NCBI GenBank assembly: GCA_964270895.1
Contig: OZ185435.1
Source: Podarcis filfolensis
Taxonomy: Eukaryota
Strand: one strand, 5' to 3'
DNA: 64,000 nt
Shown here: positions 14,001 through 27,100 of the stretch, piece by piece
How the letters are laid out: the number at the start of each line of letters is the position of its first letter
Position numbering within the stretch: position 1 is the first letter of the stretch
Position numbers and translations under genes: made by a program
Notes under the pieces: generated by a model
What the model was told of the DNA's origin: nothing
Database searches by the model: none
The model's input: the letters and a program-made list of their open reading frames with translations, nothing else

Positions 14001-17000
14001 GCAGACACAGACACAGACACAGAGAGACAGAGAGCACACACTTGCACATCTGATTGACCATTGTGGGAAACAGGAGGCTGACTAAACAGGCTTTTGGTTT
14101 GAGCCAGCAGGGCTCTATTTATTCACTTATTCCCACAAATGCTGCCTCCCCTTCATTTGCCTAGTCTCAGAATCCTGCTTTCTGGGAGGGGGACAAGTTG
14201 TCATATGCCAGGGAGTATTTTTGGCAAGATGGCAATCTAGGGAAGGGTTAACTACTCCTACTACACTGATCCTTTCCTGGAAATTCCCTCCTGCATTTGT
14301 GTCTCAGCGAACTTTGCTGAAGTAGCAAGCTGTTCCAACCTTGGATATTGTAAGTAAGTAAGTAAACCTGATCCCAGCATCTGAAGGCACATAAGGTTAC
14401 AACATTGCGGGTCTGGGGGTGACTGTCTGGGAGCCATATGTATGCCACACTGGGTTCTATGATGGCAGAAAGGCAAGATGTAAAATAAATATGCAGTGTG
14501 CTTCAGAGTGTTCAAAGTGGTGCTTTATATAAATAATTGTTGCTATTTGTTCTGCTATTGCCAAGCTTTAGCGGTCAAAACTGGGCTTTACAGCATGGCT
14601 GTTCTTATATGGGGGAAGGGTTTTCCCCCCAACTCTTCTGAATGTTGGTTTCCTCAGCTTTCTTCAAGCTTGCAAATGCAGATTTGAAAGGCAGGAACTG
14701 AGGGAAGATAGAGATCCAGAAATGGGATAAGCAGCAGCCAGTGAAAGTGGGTGTAGGGAGGGAAACACTAAGACAATGATATGTCATATGTTTCCCCCCC
14801 CCCCATTATTAGGGAGATGTGGGTTGATGGCCCTCTCTCCACAATATGCAGTTTGGGCTTTAATTTGTATTTCTAAGATGCCTTGCATGGAAGAAGCTAG
14901 CAAGAGCTAGAAGACTGCTCTCTCGTTTGCCTCCAATTGCTGCTGGTCTGAAAGATTCCTGTCTCCTCCTCCTCCTCCTCCTCCCAGTGGCCTTGAATTT
15001 TCAAACGGCTGGTACAGAGATGGACTTGTGCGATGGGCTCTTCAGTAAAAATGGCCGCTGTGGCTACGTGTTAAAGCCGAGCTTCATGAAAGACCCAGAG
15101 ACAGCCTTCAGTCCTGAGAACCCCCAAAGCAGGGAGAATGGTAGCCCACTTAACATAGCCATTAAGGTACCGTGTGAGTTTGTTGCCCATACCTTAACCT
15201 AACAGGGTTGTTCCAAGTCCTTTGTGTCTTTGGGCTTATATGCCATAGTGACCAACTTCCTTTGTCACTGTTTTGAGCTGCGTGAGTTGCAGGGTGCAGC
15301 TGCTGACACAATGCTGTTTGCACATGTGGACTTGACTGCCCTTCTATGCTCACCATAATCTTCTCTTCCAGATCATTAGTGGGCAGCAACTCCCCAAGAT
15401 GCCCAACAGCAAAGAAGGCTCCATCATCGATCCACTAGTCCGAGTGGAGATTCATGGGATCCCTGCTGATAGTGCCAAGCAGGAGACCAAATATATTGAT
15501 GATAACGGTGAGGCAATTCTCTTGGTCATTGTAAAGAACTGCTGAGATGGGGTTTTACGTGGACCTCATGCATGTGTCAACACGAATGCCCCTCATTCTT
15601 AATTACTTAAGGATGAATGAATGAATATCCTGGTGTTATCTATGCCAAGGGAACTCAGATTCTACATTAAAAAAAACCAAACTCTTCCATAGGAATTAAT
15701 GTCCTTAAAATGCTAGGCATGTCAGGCATGATTTTAAATTGTGATGTTTTTGTTTTTGTTTTTGGTAAGACCTGGGGTGGTGAAGTACAAGGAAGCAGCA
15801 GAGGTGGAAACAGATAACAGGGGAAGGATTTATTAGGGGGACTTGGAACCCCAAGGAAGCAAATAACTCATGTGTAGGGCATATGAGCCACCTTTGGAAG
15901 CCTTGGGTTTCCATGTCTGTGGCCTACCACACTGGGCACAATCCAGCAAATGTTAGTTGTATGACTAAGCCTCTTTGAAAACAGTGGATTGGTATGTGCT
16001 GATGTTCTTATGCTGTTCTTATGTATTGTATTTATTATTTTAGCCAGTTTGAAATGTCTTACCTAAAGAGCAGTCCATAAATACATTAAAATAAAACAAA
16101 TAAAATGAGTTGCAGCCGATTTGTCCTATTGACATAAGTGAAGCTTCACCTCATGACTAACATGTGTCCATTCTCCATTACATTTTCATATTTTCCTCTG
16201 CACCCTGGCAGGCTAGAAATTTTCATAGTCATTTTGAAAAGGAAGTTGAACTTTGCAGAAAGGTAAATTCTCCACCAAGGTCCCACAATAGTATATGCGT
16301 ATCGTCTTCTTTGGCGACCACTATTAGCCGAATAAGATTGTCTTCCATAAACACAGTTTTAACAATGAGTCCATTAAGTGACTCTGGAGACCAATCCTGG
16401 ATCCACACGTCCTTCCACAGTGGGGACATTGGTTTCCCACTTAAAGGCATCTTCTCTCTTTTTTCCTGGGGCATTGAAAACGCTAAAAGCCCAGTTGGAC
16501 CATTGGTAGAAAAGTGATGCAAAGAAGCCAGATGTTTTTGAGGTTAGATGATAAACTGACCAGAGCAGCTGAGGAATCTCAGAAGCAGCAATGCAGAGGG
16601 AAGTTGTGTGAGATTTTATGGAGGTGAAGATGGAGAGAGGCTGGGGGACACATACAGATTATGTGCTGTGACAACACCCTCTTTTCACTTTAATATCCCT
16701 GGATAGGTTTTAACCCACAATGGAATGAGGCCTTTCAGTTCCAGGTTTGGGTACCAGAGCTGGCACTTCTGCGCTTTGTGGTGGAGGATTATGACAAGGC
16801 ATCTCGGAATGACTTTGTGGGACAGTACACTCTACCTCTTACTAGTGTCAAAGCAGGTGAGCATCTCCCTCTTAGCCCTGTGGGGTGTGACTATCTTGTG
16901 CCAGTTTGCTGCCAAGATCAAGAGACGAATGCATCCCTGGCAGGTCAGTCAAGGTTAGCCAGAGACAGTTATTTGTGTATATAAGGAAGGCAGACTAAGT

Positions 17001-18543
17001 TACCCCCTTCAACAGAGACTGTAACAACTCAGTAAATCAGCACATGGATATTATGACCACAGCACAACACAAAAGTACATAGGATGAGATCCAGACTCCG
17101 GGCTCATCCACACCTCCGTTTGCCCTGCCACTTTCCCCTGGAGAAACCTGTGGTTTACTGCTAAATGGAACCAAACAGCAATCAGGTTTTCGTTGAATTG
17201 CCATTTGTCCCAATTCAGCAGTAAAGAGCAGGTTTTCCAGGGGAAAGCAGTGGGGCAAAGGAATAGCTGCTTGGACCCATTTTCCAGGCACAAGACAAGT
17301 GGAAGTGTGGAGGAGCCCTTAATGACTACCAGGGCCCTTCTAACCATGTCTTCTCAGAAGTAAATCCCACTGAGTTCAGTGAGGATTACCCAGGTAAGTG
17401 GAATTAGGAGTGCATTGTAAGTCTGGATTCAATCAATCAGTTTGATTGAGATGCAGTTAAAGCTGCTGCCCTTTTAAACCTATACAGCTGCTCCCTGAAT
17501 TCTTTTTTTTTTTTACTTTTAATCCTAAAGCAGGCCTGACGTTTATCACAACCCACAAATTAACTCTCCCCCATGAGAAGTACAACTCACTTTGCAGGAT
17601 GGCGGGGAGGGGGACAACATCCTCAGAATCAATGGATTTGCTTTCTTAGTATTTGGATTACTTATTACCATACTTGTAGCTGCTCCTAGACCACACTGCA
17701 GAGTTTTGCATTCCCATTCTGTGTACATACATTTATTTTTATTTTTTGTAGGGGGAGGGAGGGAGCTCATGTTGCCTCCATCTAGTGGAGAAGAGAAATA
17801 CTGTGCCCTGTATTGGTGCTAGAATACACACTTCTACAGGCTGTAGCTGGGATCAACCAAATAAATGCATCTGCTGCATCAAATCTACTCAAAGGAATGA
17901 GAGAAACCCAGAATTTGTAACCATTCAGAGGAAATTCAAGAGACAGCCAGGAAAAGCTGACTCTAGAGACAAATGTGCTCTCTGCCCATGGGTGTAGCCA
18001 GGAACCTCAATCAACTAAGTACTTTCAATGCTTTTCAATACTTTTTTGTGGATTGGGGGGCAGTGGCTGCCCCCCCATCCCCCCTTGGCTACGCCCATAT
18101 CCCTGCCTGTATCATTATCTAGAGCTCAGCAGGAGAGCACAGGCTATGCATGCAGATGAGCGCTGGTTTGTGTGTTTTTTTAGGATCCCACCATGGCTCT
18201 GCTGGTTATAGTAGGCAGAGTTGGGCTGGATGGACCAGTAGTTTAACTCAGGGATAGCAAGCATGGGACTCTACAGGTGTTGTTGAAGTACAGCTCCCAC
18301 AATCCCTGGCCATTGGCCATGCTGGCTGGGGCTAATGGCAGCTGGAGCCCAAGAACATGGTTGGTTACCCTTGGCTTAACTCAACACAAGGCAGCTTCAA
18401 ACACTGTGTGTGGCTCTTTTGTTTTTGTCTCCCATGCAGGATACCGCCACATCCACCTTCTTTCCAAGGATGGGACAGGGATCCCACCAGCCTCCCTATT
18501 TGTCCATATCCGAATCAGGGAGTTGTCAACAGAGAGTGACTAA
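2224..18543 (+). CDS. PLCD4: Phospholipase C delta 4 (PH, EF-hand, X/Y catalytic and C2 domains), 15 coding exons, 761 aa
   Basis: Exons 2224-2248, 3461-3619, 6163-6391, 7322-7451, 8312-8543, 8896-9097, 10469-10613, 11053-11205, 11766-11933, 12828-12984, 13495-13611, 14988-15166, 15372-15507, 16707-16856, 18440-18543. They join in frame to 2286 nt. Motifs: SSHNTYL and YHGHT (catalytic His), [25 protein letters not shown], and the C2 ends GFNPQWNE and [12 protein letters not shown]. Synteny with ZNF142 points to delta-4. Confidence 0.95.
3118..3232. mobile_element. hAT-like MITE (inverted-repeat element)
   Basis: Terminal inverted repeats cagcatttcccaacctggt / accaggttggggtaggctg and internal tgggaattgtagtcc. 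Confidence 0.65.
4703..4746. repeat. (CA)n microsatellite
   Basis: Interrupted cacaca run. Confidence 0.9.
5497..5680 (+). mobile_element. tRNA-derived SINE
   Basis: Degenerate A/B-box head (gtagttcagtg...gggtcaatccc) and tail ...gactcagtataaggcag...ctatg. A related copy lies at 6525-6710. Confidence 0.65.
5699..5730 (-). mobile_element. Sauria SINE-like truncated 3' stub
   Basis: ggtaaaggtaaaggacccctggacggttaag, with a second stub at 23638-23663. Confidence 0.55.
6392..7321 (+). other. U12-type (minor spliceosome) AT-AC intron of PLCD4
   Basis: 5' end ATATCCTT at 6392, branch site TTCCTTGAC at 7295-7303, 3' end GCAC at 7321. Splicing restores ...MDQ-WICDWF in frame. Confidence 0.92.
6525..6710 (+). 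mobile_element. tRNA-derived SINE inside the U12 intron
   Basis: Colinear similarity to 5497-5680 (gtagc...agagcacaagctttgcacacagaa...gggttcaatt...tctccaggtag...gacc...ataagg). Confidence 0.6.
8021..8047. repeat. (CAG)9 intronic microsatellite
   Basis: Direct reading. Confidence 0.9.
8092..8230. mobile_element. hAT-like MITE
   Basis: ccagatgttgcagactacaaactcccatc ... ggagttgtagtccaagccatctag palindromic arms. Confidence 0.6.
9400..9830. mobile_element. Dispersed AT-rich non-autonomous repeat; related copies at about 42230-42530 and 46090-46330
   Basis: Shared blocks such as aactgcactgcaaaattcagag / aaactgtatttcaaaatttagagg / ctccaaattttgcaatacagt (reverse) with aaatgcat-rich interiors. Confidence 0.45.
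13855..14120 (+). mobile_element. CR1 LINE 3' end
   Basis: gatggcttttaaaagggagattagacaaa...atggctat...gggaaacaggaggctgactaaacaggc...ccagcagggctct. Confidence 0.6.
17119..17259. repeat. Fold-back (inverted repeat) element in last PLCD4 intron
   Basis: Arms of about 50 nt: tttgccctgccactttcccctggagaaacctg...tttactgct versus agcagtaaagagcaggttttccaggggaaagcagtggggcaaa. Confidence 0.65.
18250..18375. mobile_element. Degenerate hAT-like MITE
   Basis: caggtgttgttgaagtacagctcccac...ggccattggccatgctggctggggct resembles the 41196-41328 copy. Confidence 0.5.
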
Positions 18544-20369
18544 AGCAACTGTGTCTCCAAATGCAGCTCTTCCCTCTCTGCCCCATTTAGGTCGGAGAAT
18601 GTGGGGGGAGGGGGAGGGAAGGGGACAAGAGTTGTCTTAAGAATGGATGCCATACCCCACTCCATCTGCCTGCCTCTCTTGTTCCTACACAGCACTGGAC
18701 TGAAAAGTTACTTTGCACTACTATATATATATATTATTATTATTTTTTCAAAACAAAAACCCAACCCAACAGTTTTGTATCATTTTGCTGCTATTTTTTT
18801 AAAGAAAGAATTTAAACTATTGTGATTTGCACAGTTCCCGGACCCTCCTACTATATCTGTCCACTCGTATGGTTCAGTTTTAAAATCTACCTCCGTTGTG
18901 CAAAAAGGGTAGGATAGGCTACTGCAGCCGCGAATGGGACCTACCCCAAAGCAGACTTAACGATATTCAAAAGGAAGAGTGAATTTCTTTCAATAACGTC
19001 AGCCAACCATCAAGTCTTTCCAAAGGGCTTTGTTTTTCCACCTGTCTTCAAGGGCAACTCTCCTGATCTGGGCCCAGAAGTAGGTCCAGTCTGCTAGCCA
19101 CCTTTAAAGTAGCATCAGAAGGTGGCTGATCAAGCTTTTCTTGGATGCTCCTGACAAGATTTGGCAATAACCAAGAGAAGAGAGAAAGGATTCCGGTGTT
19201 GACTCTTGTGGCAGCATCTCTTTCTAACTGAGCAAAAGAGACAGGAAGAAGCTAAGCTGTTGGACCACCTGCTCTTTTTCCTTGCAGACTGCATGAGAAA
19301 GGGGAAGCCCTGCTCTATTTATTCCCCTTGCCCAATCTGAATGGTACTGAGATACTGCAAGATTTTCCCTTCCTCATCTCCTAGCTGTAGCCCTCCCGTT
19401 ACCACCACCCAGTTAGCAGCTAATAGGGTGCTTGTATAAATGGATGTTGCATCGCTTAGCAAACATTTGACAACATGCATCTGGGAAACTGACATCGCAC
19501 ATGGAAAGCCTTCCACAGAGCCGCTAACAATACTTTCCAACGGAGGCAGTTTGCACAGCTAGGTAGAAGCCATCAAATGATGAACAGTGTGTGCCTATGA
19601 TTATCAGCCCTCAGGGAAAAAGTAGAAAGGACTTATCCCACTGATTCCTTGAAGACTGCCATAAAGATAGAAGGAATGCCAACACCTCCTTTTCTCAGCT
19701 CAATAACCATTGGCTTCCTGTCAAGTATGTGTTGGCCAAGGAGCTCTGACAGTCTAATTCTGCCTTTATATAGAAAGATGTTGGCTAGACTCGAATCATC
19801 CTCTAAATCAACTCCAAGTAGGAAGTGATAAGATTCTTATAGATGAGCTTGTCTTTTTCTGCATCAGCACTAACAATATTCATACAACTGACTCCTCAGT
19901 AAGAATTCTTCCACAGCAGGAATGCCTTGGTATTCTCAAAGCCTCCATAAACATAACGCCTTTTTTCTGATGCAATTAAGATGCTAGCTCCACAAAAATG
20001 TGATGAGAACAATGGTCACCAACACAGAACCAACAGGTGACAGTGCATCAACTAGTTCCTATGGTGCTCAAAAAAAGGTCTCAGCAAACATCTCAAAAAT
20101 CCATAATGTGTAAGAGACTGTTTGAGCTTCTTGTTCAACCCTATTTCATTAGATACCAGGATTGTACATGCTTTTGGTGTCCTCCTCCCCCTAGTGATTG
20201 GGGGGGGGGCTGGGCTATCTGTACCATTTGTTGTCCTCCTTGTCTGTTCTCTTAGTCATGTGGTAGTCATTTTCTGTTATGCCACATTCCTACAGCAGCC
20301 ATTTTGTGACTGGTACCCGCAGCACTTCCTCAAAAAATGTACCCAGTGGCACAATTCTTATTACTGTTA

Positions 20370-21350
20370 TTATTAATTAATTTTGTATCCCGCCCTTCAT
20401 CCAAAAATCCCAGGGCAGTTCACAATAGAAAAATACAAAATGAGAATACAAACTGCATAATAAAATGTAAACAAAAGCAAACCATTAACTCCCCTCCCAC
20501 AAATACATTTAAAAGGCTACAGAATGTTAATCACTTGAATGCCTGGTTGAAGAGAAATGTTTTCACCTGGCACCTAGGTTCCAGGTGGCCTTCCCTGGGG
20601 AGAGCATTTCACAAACAGGGAGCCACCACAGAAAACGCCTGTTCTTATGTTGACACCCTATTGACCTCTTGTGGAGGCACACAAAGAAAGGCCTCAGATT
20701 ATGATCACATTGTTTGGGTAGGTTCATGTGGGGAGGCGCAGTCCTTGAGGTATTGCAGTCTTCAGCCGTTTAGGGCTTTATAGGTCAAAACCAGCACTTA
20801 GAATTGGGCCTGGAAACTAATTGGCAGCCACTGCAGTCAAGCCAGGATTGATGTAATATGCTCAACCTGTTTTGCCCCAGTGAGCAACCTGGCTGCCAAA
20901 TCCTGCATCAGCTAAAGTTTCCGAACCATCTTCAGAGGCAGCCCTACATATAATGCTTTGCAATAAACTAACCTATAGGTTATCAGAGCATAGATGACAG
21001 AAGTTAGGCTATCCCTGCCCAGATAGGGGCATAGGGGTAGGGCCATCAGTCCAAGCTGATGGAAGGCATTCTGGGTTGCTCAGGCCACCTGAGCCTCAAG
21101 CGACAGCAAAGGACCCTGAAGTACCCCCAAGCTATGTATCTGCTCCTTCAGAGGCAGTGTAACCCCATCAAGAACCTCCCATCGATCCAGTCTAGAGAAT
21201 CACCCACTAACAGTGCTTCAGTCTTAGGTGGATTAAGCTTCAGTTTGTTTGCTCTCATCCAGTCCATTACCAAGGCAAAACAACAAGGTTGCTTGCCCCT
21301 ATAGCCAAGGCTCAGCTCCTTACCATTTAGTCTGATCTTGCAGTAGGTAT
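20370..21350 (-). mobile_element. L2-clade LINE 3' fragment (decayed)
   Basis: Minus strand reads FQAQF*VLVLTYKALNG, the L2/CR1-group ORF2 C-terminal motif. It ends in an (ATT)-rich tail. Confidence 0.7.
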
Positions 21351-21639
21351 ACTCCAGTGCTTTTGTGCTCTAGCAATTTCAGTTGTTAAATTATCCAGTC
21401 ACACAAAATAGTGCATGTACAACTTCCACATAGCAGCCACAGGCTTCTGCCTCTGAGAGGCAACCCTTTTGTGTGGAATGATTTTTGCTGGGAAGCAGAA
21501 ATAGCAGATAGAACTACAGAGGCCTGCTGGTTGAAAAATCAAAAGACAGGGTAACTAACCGCAACTCTAAGGTAGCCAAGAGAAGAGGAATTTGATACTA
21601 TAAAAGCTGCCTCCATCTTAAGTCTAAATGGGCTAGAGC

Positions 21640-21925
21640 AGTGAGGCAGCCAATGTGGTGGCTGCTGAACTACAACTCCCATTATCCTTTACCATTAGCC
21701 AGGTTGACCAGGGATGATGGGAGTTGTAGTCCCTCATCATTTGAAGTACACCCTGTATGCACCCCACTGGAGGCCAGTTGGACTTTGCCAGTCCCAGATC
21801 AGGGATAGTCAGCATGATGCCCTCAACGCTGGACTCCAACTCCTAGCATACCTGGCCACTGAACATGCTATCTGCTGATGATGATGGGAGATGTTGTTCA
21901 ACTATATCTGGAAAGTGCCATGTTG
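21640..21925. mobile_element. Two adjacent hAT-like MITEs
   Basis: actacaactcccatt...gatgatgggagttgtagtcc, followed by ggactccaactcctagc...gatgatgggagatgttgttc. Confidence 0.6.
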
Positions 21926-24187
21926 GCTGCCCTTGGGCTAGAGTCTCACAGAACAGAAACCTAATTCATGTGGAAACAGCACTTTGGCTGTGACGGATGT
22001 GACACAGTTACCTGCAAGCTAGCTTGCCTGTTTACAGCATGCCTATGCATCCAGTCAGCTTGTCTTGTTCCCTAGCCACAACCCTCCTACTTGTACATCT
22101 TTGTTTAACTCAGGTATGTTTACAGATGCAATATATGTCTAAAAATATCTATAGCAATGCATGGAATGTCATTTACTTCCCAAATACTGCCTCCTTTGTA
22201 AAGGGCCGAAACCCTACATATGCAAATTGGTTTTATCAAAATAATAAAAAGACAAGTTAAAAATGGTCTGAAATTCCCTGTTGCAAAATGTGCCTAGAAT
22301 GCTGGGAGTTTCAAACACTGCAAAGTGGGGAGCTGAGGAGACATACAATTCTGCCATGGGGTAATTTATGCACATTTTCACGGCTTCGTTTCATTGCACA
22401 ATTTAGATTTTGGCTAATTGAAGGTTGGGAATAAAGATTAAAACACGGGAAAATGAAGAGCTATAGAAAAGAAGCAAAGAAGTCCTATGTTGTCCAGCAT
22501 CCCATTTCCCATGAGAAATGAGAAATCCACAAGCAAAACATGAGCATGTAGGAACAAAAAAGCAATGTTTAAGACTACCACAGCAGTAGAAATCCACCTT
22601 AAATTTGCAATTCTTAAGAAATGGCAGTACCTACTCAATTTTCTGTTAGAAGACATCCATTCCATGACATAATCAAAGCTGCAAAGCCTTTCGTAAATGT
22701 TGTGGGCTACAGAAAAAGAGGAAACACAAACCCCTGGAGTTTACCATAAAGGAAGACTGGGCTTAGCTGAGTTTCCAAAGAAGAGGACATCTTTCATTCA
22801 CAGCAACCATATGCATATACAGGGACAAGAGGGAGCCTCTCTTTTTGTGCATCACACACTCACACTCAAAACACAGCTCTTGGAGTAGCAGCTCAAACTA
22901 GGAGGCAAAGGATGACTCCAGGTCCTGGTGCTAGTTCTGTTGCCCAGAATGAATATTTCTGGTCTCAAGCACTTCATTTATGGGGAAATAAAGAATGGGC
23001 GAGTGTCTGATCTGTGCATATCACAGTGGACACTAGAGTTAGTAAACACACATAAAATTTAAAAAGTGGAAAAGTATGCCATGACCTTATTGCTCAAATT
23101 TTTTTACAACACTCAGTGTTCTGCAGCCTCAGCACCTAACTTGCCTTTCAGCAAAAGCAAAGACACACGTCATGAACAATCTTCATAGGAAACACTGCAG
23201 GGGTGGAAAGTACGTGAACCTGAAAGGCAAGGCTTAGTTTAGTAAAGCTGCCCAGAAAGGCTTGCGGCACAGTACTACAATGTCAAAAATCAATTAAGTG
23301 CAGCTATAAACTCACTTTGTCATAAGGGTTTCCAAGACAGCAACCTGCTAAGTGCTCCTGGCCCGTCATAAAGAGGCTTTATCAAATGCTCTCATCATTT
23401 GCAAGCTGGAACAAACTGATTACTTCCAAGTAAGATTGACATGTGTCCCTGCACTCCCTAGAGGAAAGGAAGAAAATGGCAAGCCTCTCCCACTAAAGCC
23501 ACTGGCAAGAAGTAAGTACAAGACCTTCCATGCTAATTTTGAAATTCCTGCAAGCAGAAAGCAGCTCTTGCAAATTAGCACTGTCCGATTAAAATGAACA
23601 TCATTCCACAGAAACACAAATGTCTGGGGCAAAAAACGGTAAAGGTAAAGGACTCCTGGATGAAGGGTGGTAGCACAAAAATGTACTTTGTGCATCCCAA
23701 AGCTCTGTCCTGAGGTGCTTGGATGCAACTTTCAGCAGGGAAGACCATTTCCCAATAGTGCAGACTTATTAGAAAACATGGGACCTTATGAGTAACTATT
23801 CTCATACCAAGACCCTTCTTCAGAAGCCAGGCTCAATCCTCCCTCCCAACTTCTATAAAGTATTGTTTCTCCCAGCACTCACCCTTCACCTTGACTGCCC
23901 TATTGGGCAAAGCAAAGAATTCAACACCATCAAAATTGCAAAGAAAGCTGGAGATCCCTTTTATACAGTCACATATTTTACATCCCATGTACAGATATGA
24001 CTATAAAACATACACAATGGCGTACGCCTGACCTAGAGAGGCCAGTGTTTGCCCTAGCGGGCTTGAAACAGCTTGGATGGGCACATTGTGTGCTTCCAGG
24101 CTGAGGGCTTCCACCCACTTCCAGTTCATGGAAACCACAGCAAAGTGTCGTCTCAATGTGCAAAGTCCATTTTCCCCCAGCTTTGAC

Positions 24188-27100
24188 TTAGCCATGCGGT
24201 GACACCTGGGCCTCGATCACCTCTGGGTGCTTGGAGGGGGGAATCTCCAGCTGAGCATCATGCAGGTGGACAGGAAGTGTACTAAGGTCCTTGCCCACCC
24301 CTTTGCTGAGATCCCCCTCTGTCCCGCCCTGCTCAGGGTGGTGCCTTTGCAGATGCTTGATCACTTGGAACTTCTGCTTGGCTTTGTAGCTGCAGTAGCG
24401 GCAGAAGAAAGGGTGCTCGTTGGTGTGCGTGAGATAGTGATGCCGCAAGCCGGCTGCCCACCGGAAACCCCGGTAGCAGACGTTGCAGACATACGGCTTT
24501 TCCTCGCTGTGCTTCTTCAGGTGCGTCTTGAGGAGGAAGCGAGTCTTAAAGGCCTTCCCGCACTGCTCACAGATGAAAGAGCGGGCCTCGCGGTGGCGCG
24601 TCTCCTTGTGGATGCGCAGGGCATCGGCACGGTTGGTGCAGTACTCGCACTCATCACACTGATATGGCTTGATCCCTGTGTAGAAAGCACAGAGGAACAC
24701 ACTGGAAGCAGGTGGGAGATGCCAGACCATCAAAACCAAGCCACAGCCCATGTATCTTCCACCTCAACAGTGCTCAACATTGCCGCTCATCCATGTTCTG
24801 CAGGAAGGTGCATGCCCTGGCGAAAGGAGTGTCCCCAAATCTCCACCCAGTACTGCAGCCTCATATGTTGGCCTTGAACTATGGCTATAAAAATACCCCA
24901 AATTCTAATGAAAACTCCTTCAGCAACCCAAATGCTACTAGGCAGAAATGCTCTCAAATGGAAATAAGCGGTTGTATCAGACTCAGAGCAGACCTATTAA
25001 ATCAATGGACATGGCTAACTTAAGCCTGTTGATTTCAATGGGTATACTCTAAGCACGGCCCAAGTTTCATCAGTGTGGCATTCAGTGCATTATTAACCAG
25101 AAGGATTGGAGATGGAACAATGAAAGCAAGAGTGCCATTCAGCCTGCAAGGGTCCAACAATTGCTCCCAGGCACAGGCATGAAACTGGTATGGGCTAAAC
25201 TTGTTAGCATGTAAGGCATGCCTGCAGTGAGATACGTATTTCAAAAATTGATGCGTACAAACACTTCCAAAAGCTACAGTCAGTTCTTTACTCTGATATC
25301 CCCACCCAAAACAGATGCACTGGTGGACCAGCACCATCCCACAAGGGACAATATTCTGTCTAGTTCTTCATAGAACAGACTGCTGCCACATTTCTTCAAG
25401 AATCTACAGATCACCGTGCCTACTCTCATAAGTCCAATTGTGATGAAAGAAATCTCTATCAAATCTGGACCATGCCAACTGTTTGCCTCTGCATACAGCT
25501 TTTGGAAGGCTACAAGAGGTTCTGCTCTTCACATCATGTGAACAAAACACATGGCCCTGCAAGGCTTTATCCCCCCAAGAGGAACAGAGGCTGCCCTTTC
25601 TAGCTCCTGAGTTCCCAGACCTCCATATTCCAGTGAAGCACTTGCCTGTATGCTTTGTCATGTGGTACTTCAGTTGATTCACCCACTTGCACTTGTAGCC
25701 GCATTCCGGGCAAAGGTACTTCCTCTCCTCCTTGTGTATGCGCATGTGATACTGGGCAGAGAGAGGGAGACAAACCAGGGGGGGGGTCACACATGTGGGA
25801 CACCAACCTCACAAGTGGTTTAATCCAGTTACTTGACTGGAACATTATTATGAACCCAGGAAACAAGGAAGACTAAACAGTGAAGCAAATGTATCAACAG
25901 GTACCCTGGGCTCCTTCGGGAGGAAGGGCAGGAGATAAACTGAATAAAGAAAAAAATAATTCACCCAGTGGACCAGTGGTCCTAGCAGGCAACCTGGATG
26001 ATAGTCCTCTTGCATGAGGACAGAGAGGGAATACTACGGAGAGTAAGGCACTGAAAAGTCACAGTAACAAAGGCCAGACTTAACACACTGCATCTGAGGC
26101 ACTCCTTAGTTTTGTTTTTTGTTTTTGTTTTTCATTTCCACCTTTCAAAATGGATGCAGGAGAGGGGCAAGACTGGCTGAAGCATAAGACAGAGTTGTAA
26201 GATTTCAAGAGTGGAGGAAGAGATCAGAATCACAGACTGGAAGCAGCCAGTCTAGCTGGGCTGAAAAAAAACCCCAGATAGCAACGGGTGTTTCATATGG
26301 TCTGTCACTGAAAGGTCATCATATTAGACAATTACTGGATAGGTTTTGCCTCCACTGGTGGCAATTAAATCTTATAACAGGAAGTTAAAACCAGAACAAA
26401 TGAAGCTAAAGTTAAGTCCCTCTGAAAGGGAAAACAGATAGGTACATATTGGGCAGGGAGTGGACAAATCAGGCAAGGCAATCATTATTAACCATCATCC
26501 CGAACATGGATGGCTCTCACCTTGAGGCGTGAAGGATCAGCGCAGGCGTACTGGCACAGGTGGCACTTGTAAGGCTTCTCCCCAGTGTGAATGCGGATGT
26601 GCCAGGTGATCTTCTGCTTGTTCTTGGTGGCGTACTCGCAGTCGGAGCACTTGTAGATGCGGGTGCCACCGTGGCCCTTCACGTGGTGGTCCAGGACCAG
26701 CTGGTGGCAGCAGCTGAAGTCGCAGAAGGAGCACCTGAGCGGCCTCTCGCTGGCCGTGGGGGGCTCATGGACCTCCAAGTAGTGGCTCACCAGCTGCTGC
26801 CGCTCTTTGGCCGCGTAGCTGCAGATGTCGCAGCGGTGGCTGAAGTGCAGCTTCTTGTGCTCCTCCAGCTCCTCGCGGGTGGCCAGCGTGGCCTTGCAGG
26901 TGGCGCACTCCAGGTGCGGGTGCTGCTTCTGGACGTGGCACTTGAGGGTGGCCTCACTGTGGCAAACGAAGGCGCAGCGAGGGCAGGCGTAGGAGACCTT
27001 CTCCTCGTGCTGGCGCAGGGCATGCTGCTTGAGGGCCGTCTCTGAGCTGAAGCGGGCTTGGCAGTGGGCACAGGCAAAGTTCAGCTCCCCCTGGTGGCAG

